Of a stretch of DNA of 7,526 nucleotides, positions 1 through 6,137 are shown piece by piece. A program made the position numbers and the translations under genes. This stretch comes from a bacterium (GTDB lineage: Bacteria; Sysuimicrobiota; Sysuimicrobiia; Sysuimicrobiales; Humicultoraceae). The notes under the pieces are model-generated. The model worked only from the letters and a program-made list of their open reading frames with translations, was not told the DNA's origin and searched no databases. The stretch lies in contig JBGQGY010000149.1 of NCBI GenBank assembly GCA_041497675.1, positions 1 to 7,526 on the forward strand, written 5' to 3'. Position 1 is the first letter of the stretch, and each line of letters opens with the position of its first letter.

Positions 1-3
1 TCA

Positions 4-771
4 TCAAACGGCCATCAGCTTCGACCGTAGCACGAACAGCCCGATGGTGTGCGTGACGATCGCACCGAGAGTTGCCGCGCCAAACGCCGGGGCCAGACCC
101 CACGAGAACAGAGTCCCGGACAGGATCGCGAAGAACAGCGCAAACGAAAACAATCCTATCATGACCCCTCGAAGCAGCCGGGTCGCCGCCGAAGCGCCTT
201 CGAATTGATGCGTGAATGCGGCCAGCACCGTCGCATAGACGGGAAACGGCGACAGCAGCCCGCTCAACCGCGGCCCCAACGACGCCGCCGTACCAGTGAT
301 CAACAGTACGATCGCGAGCGCCGCCACCATCCGCAGCGGGATTTCCCACCAGGGCGATGGACGCCGAACTTCCGCGGGCCCCCCCTCAGGCAGCACTACC
401 ACGACGGCGGCAAGCACCGCGAGGGTCCCAACGAACGCACCACCGAGCGACACCATGAAGCCGTTGAGCACGGACGTGACCACCAGAAACGACGCCCACC
501 CGACCAGCATGCTCGCCGTCCAGCCCCGACGCTTGGCCGTGACGCTGTAGGCCATGCAGAACCCCGCGACAGCGACCAGCCCCATGAGCGTGCCCTGGGC
601 GGCGTTCGACGCAAAGACGGTCCCTTGTTCCAACGCAAGGAACAGTGCGACCGGCCCCGACGTCCACGGGAGACCTGCGAGCCACCCGCCCACGGCCGGG
701 CCCCACCGCCGGCCCGCAAGGCTCAACACCCAGATCAGCACCGGGACAAGGATGAGTTTGAAGAGCAGCAT
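4..771 (-). CDS. Uncharacterised polytopic membrane protein (255 aa) with an internal two-fold repeat, possible transporter
   Basis: ORF with many hydrophobic segments. The halves carry similar motifs (GPAVGGWLAGLPWTS / GPRLSGLLSPFPVYA). An in-frame TAG two codons upstream fixes the ATG at 771. Ends in tandem TGA TGA (6-1). Confidence 0.85.
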   Translation of the reverse strand: MLLFKLILVPVLIWVLSLAGRRWGPAVGGWLAGLPWTSGPVALFLALEQGTVFASNAAQGTLMGLVAVAGFCMAYSVTAKRRGWTASMLVGWASFLVVTSVLNGFMVSLGGAFVGTLAVLAAVVVVLPEGGPAEVRRPSPWWEIPLRMVAALAIVLLITGTAASLGPRLSGLLSPFPVYATVLAAFTHQFEGASAATRLLRGVMIGLFSFALFFAILSGTLFSWGLAPAFGAATLGAIVTHTIGLFVLRSKLMAV

Positions 772-778
772 CGTCTAC

Positions 779-808
779 AGGATAGTCGCTCGGCGACCGC
801 GTAACCAA
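779..808 (-). promoter_or_regulatory. Putative sigma70-type promoter for the membrane protein, probably giving a leaderless mRNA
   Basis: Minus strand TTGGTT (808-803), 18 nt, TATCCT (784-779), then 7 nt to ATG 771. No Shine-Dalgarno sequence next to the ATG. Confidence 0.45.
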
Positions 809-826
809 TCCTCCGCGTACCAATCC
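797..826. repeat. Imperfect tandem direct repeat in a divergent intergenic region
   Basis: ccgcgtaaccaatcc (797-811) and ccgcgtaccaatcc (813-826), differing by a 1-nt indel. Confidence 0.7.
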
Positions 827-843
827 CGCCGGCGGAGGCGACC

Positions 844-1773
844 GTGGCGCTGCATCCCGAGGCGAAGGCCTTTCTCGATCAACGTGAGGCGATGGGCGTC
901 AAGTCCGCCACCGAACTGTCGGTTGAGGCGGCGCGCGAGCAGGCGGTGCGTGTTGCGCTTGCGGCGGGCCCCGGCGAACGCGTGGCCCACGTCGAAGACC
1001 GCTCCACACCGGGTCCGCACGGTCCGATCCCAATCCGTATCTACAGACCCGACGGCACGGGTCCCTTCCCCGTGCTCGTCTATTTCCACGGCGGCGGGTG
1101 GGTAGTAGGCAATCTCGAGACCGCCGATGTCTTTTGCCGGGCGATGACCTCCGGCACCGGCCATGTCGTGGTGTCCGTGAACTACCGTCACGCGCCTGAG
1201 CACAAGTTCCCGATCGCCGCCGACGACTCGTTTGCGGCGACACAGTGGGTTGCCACCCACGCGGCGACGTTCCACGGCGACGCCGCGCGCCTGATCGTCA
1301 GCGGGACGAGTGCGGGCGGCAACCTGGCCGCGGTCGTCGGCTTGATGGCGCGGGACCGCGGCGGCCCCGCGCTCATGTCTCAACTGTTGATCGTTCCGGT
1401 GATCGACTACAACTTCGAGACGTCATCATATCGCAAGAATGCCGACGGGTACGGCCTGACGGCCGACGCAATGCGCTGGTATTGGAAACAATATCTCCGC
1501 GGCGATGATGATGGCCGTCACCCCTACGCGTCACCGTTGCGCGCGCAGAGCCTGCGCGGTCTCCCGCCGGCGCTGGTCGTGACGGCGGAATTCGATCCGC
1601 TGCACGATGAAGGGGAGGCCTACGCGACGCGGCTGCGCGCCGAAGGCGTGCCCACGACCCTGTGGCGCCGCGAGGGGATGATCCACGGCTTTCTCGGTCC
1701 ACAGGCGAACGCGGAGATTGCGCGGGCCCTTAGGGAACAACCCCTATGGGCGCGGGATCGATCGGCGACCTGA
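844..1773 (+). CDS. Alpha/beta hydrolase, hormone-sensitive-lipase family (family IV) esterase, 309 aa
   Basis: YFHGGGW oxyanion motif, NYRHAPEHKFP, nucleophile GTSAGG, EFDPLHDEG (Asp) and IHGF (His). GTG start with GGAGG at 834-838. Confidence 0.95.
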   Translation: MALHPEAKAFLDQREAMGVKSATELSVEAAREQAVRVALAAGPGERVAHVEDRSTPGPHGPIPIRIYRPDGTGPFPVLVYFHGGGWVVGNLETADVFCRAMTSGTGHVVVSVNYRHAPEHKFPIAADDSFAATQWVATHAATFHGDAARLIVSGTSAGGNLAAVVGLMARDRGGPALMSQLLIVPVIDYNFETSSYRKNADGYGLTADAMRWYWKQYLRGDDDGRHPYASPLRAQSLRGLPPALVVTAEFDPLHDEGEAYATRLRAEGVPTTLWRREGMIHGFLGPQANAEIARALREQPLWARDRSAT

Positions 1774-1802
1774 TTGGCACACGTGGTCCGAGCCCCTATC
1801 CT
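1774..1802 (+). promoter_or_regulatory. Putative sigma70-type promoter for the beta-propeller lipoprotein
   Basis: TTGGCA (1774-1779), 17 nt, TATCCT (1797-1802). An in-frame GTG at 1809 lies 6 nt downstream. Confidence 0.55.
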
Positions 1803-1820
1803 GGACGGGTGAACGCATCC

Positions 1821-2957
1821 ATGCAGAACTCCCGACGTCAGGTCGCCGTCCTCTGCGTAATCGTCGCACTCTGCGCCGTCGCCGCAGGATGCTCGATGAA
1901 TCGCGTGGGACAGCCTGCGCCCGTCCCGGTCGCGAGCCCCGCCCCCCAGGCAGTCGCACCCACCCCACCCGCTGAACCCAACGTCTACGGCGCGCTGATG
2001 ACCGACAAGCTCGACCCTCGTCTGGCCGGGATCACGCCGCGGGTCTACGTGCCAAACGCGGGCTCGGGCACAGTCGATGTGATCGACCCCACGACCTACA
2101 AGATCGTCGACCACTTCAAGGTCGACAAGATCCCGCACCACATCACGCCGTCGTGGGACATGACGCGTCTGTACGTCAACAACACCGAATCGAACACGCT
2201 GACGGAGATCGACCCGAGAAGCGGCAAGCCCACCCGAACCATCCCGGTCGAAGACCCCTACAACCTCTACTACACGGCCGACGGCTCGAAGGCCATCGTC
2301 GTGGCCGAACGATTCCTGCGTCTGGACTTCAGGGATCCCCGCACGTGGGAACTCATCCGCAGCGTCCCGATCCCGTATCCGGGCGTCGACCACCTCGACT
2401 TCTCTGCGGATGGTCGCTTCCTGGTCGCCAGCACCGAGTATTCGGGGTACGTGGCCAAAGTCGATGTCGTCGAGATGGAACTCACAGGCCAGACAAAGGT
2501 GGGTGGTCTGCCCATCGACGTACGGCTGTCGCCCGACGGATCGGTCTTCTACGTGGCGAACCAGGGCCGCCACGGCGTCTCGGTGCTCGACGCGACCACG
2601 CTTCGCGAGATCGACTTCTTGCCCACGGGCAAAGGCGCCCACGGTTTCCACATCAGCCGGGATACGAAGTCGATGTACGTCAGCAACCGGCTGGAAGGCA
2701 CCATCTCGGTGATCGACACGGCCACGCGCAGCGTCCGCGCGACCTGGCGTATCGGCGGCAGCCCAGACATGATGCAGGTCTCACCCGACGGGCGGCAGTT
2801 GTGGGTCTCGAATCGGTTCCACAGCAGCGTCACAGTTGTTGACACCAGCACGGGTGACGTCGTGAAGAGGATCAAGGTCGGCAACAACCCGCACGGTCTC
2901 ACGTACTTCCCTCAACCGGGCAGGTTCAGCCTCGGGCACAACGGCGTGTATCGCTAA
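1821..2957 (+). CDS. YVTN/YncE-like beta-propeller repeat lipoprotein (start ATG 1821 or GTG 1809, rather than 1746)
   Basis: Signal peptide MQNSRRQVAVLCVIVALCAVAAG-C with lipobox, Pro-rich linker, then about seven repeats such as VYVPNAGSGTVDVID, LYVNNTESNTLTEID, FYVANQGRHGVSVLD, MYVSNRLEGTISVID and LWVSNRFHSSVTVVD. Confidence 0.9.
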   Translation: MQNSRRQVAVLCVIVALCAVAAGCSMNRVGQPAPVPVASPAPQAVAPTPPAEPNVYGALMTDKLDPRLAGITPRVYVPNAGSGTVDVIDPTTYKIVDHFKVDKIPHHITPSWDMTRLYVNNTESNTLTEIDPRSGKPTRTIPVEDPYNLYYTADGSKAIVVAERFLRLDFRDPRTWELIRSVPIPYPGVDHLDFSADGRFLVASTEYSGYVAKVDVVEMELTGQTKVGGLPIDVRLSPDGSVFYVANQGRHGVSVLDATTLREIDFLPTGKGAHGFHISRDTKSMYVSNRLEGTISVIDTATRSVRATWRIGGSPDMMQVSPDGRQLWVSNRFHSSVTVVDTSTGDVVKRIKVGNNPHGLTYFPQPGRFSLGHNGVYR

Positions 2958-2961
2958 CCGT

Positions 2962-4497
2962 TCAGCGGGCTGATCCGCCGCCTGACGTCAACTCCAGCCA
3001 CGCCTGCCAGCCGCCTTCCAACGCCCGGACGTTTCGAAACCCCCGGTGTCGGAGTTCCCGCGCCACACGGGCGCTGGTGGCTTCGTGTGTTCAGGCGCAG
3101 TACAGCACGATCGGCCCCGCGGGAGCCAGCTCCGCGACGCGTGCTGCGGCTTCGTCCGGCGCAAGGTGGACTGCCGTCGGAATGCGCCTCGGATCGCGGT
3201 CGAGGTCGCCCGGCTTGCGGACATCCACCACCAGGACCGGTTCTTGGCGTTCCAGCATCGCAGCCAGCTCGCGGACGGAGAGACGCGGGATCTCGTCCGC
3301 CTCGCGCCCGGGCACCAGCTCCACGTCGGGAGCGCGTGAGGCCCAGGCCACCAGCGGCGTTCCGGTCACACCGTGCAGCACCACCGATACCAGCACGACG
3401 ATCCCGGTCACAGCAAAGACCTGCGGGCCGCCCGCAGCACCGGACACCAGCACCAGCAGAGCCAGCAGGATGGAGTTCAGCCCGCGTGGACCGTGCCAGG
3501 CGGCAAACAACTTGTCCTGGATCGGGATGCGAAACCGGCTCAGGACGAGCATCAACACCACCGGCCGGCACACGAACAGCACGACCGCTGTAAACGCCAC
3601 AGTCCGCCAGTCGACCGCGGCCAGCGCGGGTCGGACCAGCGACGAGCCGAAGATCACGAACGTCAGCAACATCAGCAGTTCGGCGGTTGTCTCACCGTAT
3701 TCGAGGAAGCACTCGCAGAGATCGAGATCGCTGATCGCGATCGTCAGTCCCGCGACGAAGGCCGCCAGCAGACCGCTGGCGCCCAGCGCGTCGGCGGTCG
3801 CGTAGGCGATGAACGCCACGCCAAGCGAGTACAGCGACTGGTAGTCACGGCGCACGCCGATGCGCCGATCGACCCAGGTCAGACCCCGCATGCCCACCCA
3901 GGCGACCGCGACGCCGACTAGCGGACTCAGCACAAACACCGGAAGCGCGAACCCAACCCAGCTGGTCGCTGAGTGCAGGCGACCGCCCGCGACGGCAATG
4001 AGAATCAGGATCGCGGGCAGCGCCACCGCGTCGTTCATGCCGGACTCGACAGAGAGAATCTGCCTGACGGCCTGTGGGGTGCGCCGATCGCGCAAGACGT
4101 CGCGCAGCAACACCGGATCGGTCGACGCCAGAACGGCCCCCAACAGCAGCGAGGGGATGATCTCGAAGCTCAGAAGCCATCGGGCCGTTGCCGCGATGCT
4201 GAGGGCTGTCAGAATCGTGCCGGGTCCCAAGACGGCGATCGACGCAGGCCAGTCCTGCTTGAGCTGCTCGGTCTGCATCTTCAGCGCGTCCGTAAAGAGC
4301 GTGAGCGTCAAGGTGAGGATGCCGATCAAGACCACTTGTTCTGAATCCACAGGGAGCCGCATCAGACCCGTCTGGCCGAGCGCGAGCCCGATCGCCACAA
4401 AGAAGATCGCGCTGGAGAAGGGCCCGCGCTCCATGGCGCGTGACAGCAGCGCAGAGAGCACGATCACCAGGCCAACGATGCCGAGCATGACCGTCAA
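2962..4497 (-). CDS. CPA1/NhaP-type cation:proton antiporter fused to a C-terminal rhodanese-like domain, predicted selenoprotein (511 aa, Sec469 from TGA 3093-3091)
   Basis: TTG start with AGGAGG at 4509-4504. CPA1 motifs LASTDPV, ESGMND and GPRG. The rhodanese domain begins at LSVRELAAML..VLVVDVRK..RIPTAV..IVLYCA. Past the TGA the frame reads THEATSARVARELRHRGFRNVRALEGGWQAWLELTSGGGSAR*, which completes the domain, and stops at 2964-2962, 4 bp from the convergent gene. Confidence 0.88.
3058..3093 (-). promoter_or_regulatory. Sec UGA codon plus putative bacterial SECIS hairpin (antiporter-rhodanese)
   Basis: UGA, then 16 nt, then GCGCC-CGUGU-GGCGC (3074-3060). The stem extends by CC/GG across a bulged A. 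G sits at loop position 2, 23 nt after the UGA. Confidence 0.7.
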
Positions 4498-4562
4498 CGC
4501 CGTCCTCCTGAGACCATCCTCGGGGACCTGCTGTTTCTCGCCTGCGGAGTGCTTCCCCTCTG

Positions 4563-4591
4563 AAAAACACCGCGAGGGGCGGGGCGATGTT
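4563..4591 (-). terminator. Possible weak intrinsic terminator or attenuator hairpin between the two predicted selenoprotein genes
   Basis: Minus strand AACAUCGC-(10 nt)-GCGGUGUU (8 bp, one G-U pair) running into a 5-U tract, starting about 15 nt after the TAG at 4609-4607. Confidence 0.3.
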
Positions 4592-4606
4592 AAGAATTCG
4601 TGAATG

Positions 4607-5113
4607 CTAGCGGGCCAGCAGCGACTTGATGGTGGCGATCAGCTCGTCTTCCGTGTTTGGGCCGTGCCTCGCGAACCGCAGGTTGCCGTCCTTGGCGACC
4701 ACGGCCCAGTACGGCTGATAGGAGAATCCGTATGCCTTGGCAATCCTTCCATCACCGTCCCACCCGTTGGGAAACGTGAGCTTGTGCCGGTCCACAAAGG
4801 CCTTGCTCTTGTCGCGCGAATCCAACAGGCCGATGCCGACAAATTCCACACCCTTACCCTTCCAGTCCCGGTACGCACGCTCCCACACGGGGGCGTCGGC
4901 GTTGCAGGTAGGTCACCACTGTGTCCAGAATAGCAGGACTACCGCCGCGCCTTTTAGATCAGCCAGGGTCAGGGTTTTACCAGTGAACAATTCGAGGGTG
5001 AAGGGCGAAGCAAGGCCGCCCGGACCGCCGAGCGCCACAGGGGCGAGGATGATTCCGGTGCATAGCGCGACACACACCACGAGCACAATCTTCCGGCGGA
5101 TGTCCCAAGACAT
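4607..5113 (-). CDS. Exported TlpA/ResA-like (redoxin) thioredoxin-fold protein with a UxxC active site, predicted selenoprotein (168 aa, Sec67 from TGA 4915-4913)
   Basis: ORFs 4913..5200 and 4607..4888 share one frame and join through the TGA: FTLELFTGKTLTLADLKGAAVVLLFWTQW-U-PTCNADAPVWERAYRDWKGKGVEFVGI...IAKAYGFSYQPYWAVVAKDG. This matches the TlpA pattern FWAxWCxxC plus a cis-Pro loop. ATG 5113 lies 7 nt from AGGAGG (5126-5121). The N-terminus is basic then hydrophobic (signal or anchor). Confidence 0.92.
4873..4915 (-). promoter_or_regulatory. Sec UGA codon plus putative bacterial SECIS hairpin (thioredoxin-fold gene)
   Basis: UGA, then 10 nt, then ACGC-CG-ACGC-CCC-[CGUGU]-GGG-A-GCGU-GCGU (4902-4873). 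This is an 11-bp stem with two bulges and G at loop position 2, 25 nt after the UGA. Confidence 0.75.
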
Positions 5114-5189
5114 TGGCATCCCTCCTGCTAAGTAGTATCCACCCCGCGGAGTAACGAAAGTATAAAGATAGAAACCAGGAGGGGTTTGA
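5114..5189. promoter_or_regulatory. Compact 76-bp divergent promoter region with two Shine-Dalgarno sites
   Basis: Locally AT-rich. Minus-strand TATACT at 5164-5159. Plus-strand TTGGCA (5113-5118), 17 nt, TATCCA (5136-5141). AGGAGG on minus (5126-5121) and on plus (5177-5182). Confidence 0.5.
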
Positions 5190-6125
5190 ATGACCGACAT
5201 GCGGCAGTACGTCGTCGAAGAGTGGGCCGAAGATTACCACGCGGGACGTCTGGACCGGCGTGAATTCCTCCGCCGCATGACGATCATGGCCGGTGGCGCC
5301 GCGTTGGCGATTCCGCTGCTCTCTGCGCTGGGGCTCGCGGCTACTCCGGCGGAGTTGGACGCAGCGGCGGCGGCATCCCCGGCGATGGTCGCCGCGGCCG
5401 CTCCGGGAGTGACCGTACCGCCGGACGATCCGTCACTGACCGCCGGGATGATCACGTTCCCCATGGGGTCGGTTCAGGTGATCGCATACCTCGCGCAGCC
5501 CAGGGCCGTCGGACCACACCCTGCGGTGCTGGTCATCCACGAAAATCGCGGTCTGCTCGAGCACTTCAAAGATATCTCACGGCGGTTCGCTAAGGCCGGT
5601 TTCGTCGGCATCGCCGTCGATCTGGTCTCTCAGGAGGGCGGCACGGAGCGGTTTTCTGACTCAGCGCAGGTATCGTCGATCCTGGCGCAGGCTCCGCCGG
5701 AGCGACACGTCGAGACCATGAGCGCGGCCGTGCGACACCTCCAGGGATTGCCGAGCGTCCGGCGCGACCGTGTCGGTGCGATGGGTTTCTGCTTCGGCGG
5801 CGGGATGGTGTGGCGGCTGGCTACCGCCAACGCTGATCTGAGGGCCGCAGCGCCGTTCTATGGTTCGAATCCGCCGATGGCCGATGTCGCGAAGATCAAG
5901 GCGTCGATCCTGGCCGTCTATGGCGAGCTCGACACTCGCCTCAACGCCGGGATTCCGGCGATCCGCGAGGCGCTGCAGCGGGCCAACGTTGTCAGCGACT
6001 TTGTGATCTATCCCGGCGCCGACCACGCCTTCTTCAACGATACGACCGACCGCTACGTCCAGGGCGCCGCGCAGCAGGCCTGGACACGGGTCATGGCCTG
6101 GTTCGACAGGTACCTGAAAGCCTAG
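5190..6125 (+). CDS. Dienelactone hydrolase family protein (YghX-like) with a twin-arginine-like N-terminus, 311 aa
   Basis: VIHENRGL, nucleophile GFCFGG, GELD and YPGADHAFFND. N-terminal DYHAGRLDRREFLRR followed by a hydrophobic stretch. AGGAGG 7 nt upstream of the ATG. Confidence 0.95.
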   Translation: MTDMRQYVVEEWAEDYHAGRLDRREFLRRMTIMAGGAALAIPLLSALGLAATPAELDAAAAASPAMVAAAAPGVTVPPDDPSLTAGMITFPMGSVQVIAYLAQPRAVGPHPAVLVIHENRGLLEHFKDISRRFAKAGFVGIAVDLVSQEGGTERFSDSAQVSSILAQAPPERHVETMSAAVRHLQGLPSVRRDRVGAMGFCFGGGMVWRLATANADLRAAAPFYGSNPPMADVAKIKASILAVYGELDTRLNAGIPAIREALQRANVVSDFVIYPGADHAFFNDTTDRYVQGAAQQAWTRVMAWFDRYLKA

Positions 6126-6137
6126 CCGGCAGGACAC

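Noticed and set aside
1..6. Read-through at the TGA TGA ending the membrane protein, and likewise at TGA 1771-1773 and 2962-2964
   Set aside because: The domains are already complete, there is no Cys motif context, and I saw no CCCGUGUGG hairpin after 1773 or 2962. Sequence beyond position 1 is not visible.
1746..1808. ORF-track start at 1746 for the beta-propeller protein
   Set aside because: It overlaps the esterase 3' end, buries the lipoprotein signal and lies upstream of the predicted promoter.
2962..5113. Treating the two TGA-interrupted genes as pseudogenes or sequencing errors
   Set aside because: Both TGAs fall on Cys-equivalent active-site positions, the frames are otherwise intact, and both have a hairpin with the same loop at similar spacing. 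Two independent errors would be unlikely to do this.
5120..5183. Inverted repeat ccctcctg / caggaggg
   Set aside because: It is explained by the two Shine-Dalgarno sequences of divergent genes, not a mobile-element end.
5114..5200. Longer N-terminus of the thioredoxin-fold gene (ORF-track start at 5200)
   Set aside because: It overlaps the divergent gene start and promoter region. ATG 5113 has a well-spaced AGGAGG and yields a clean signal peptide.
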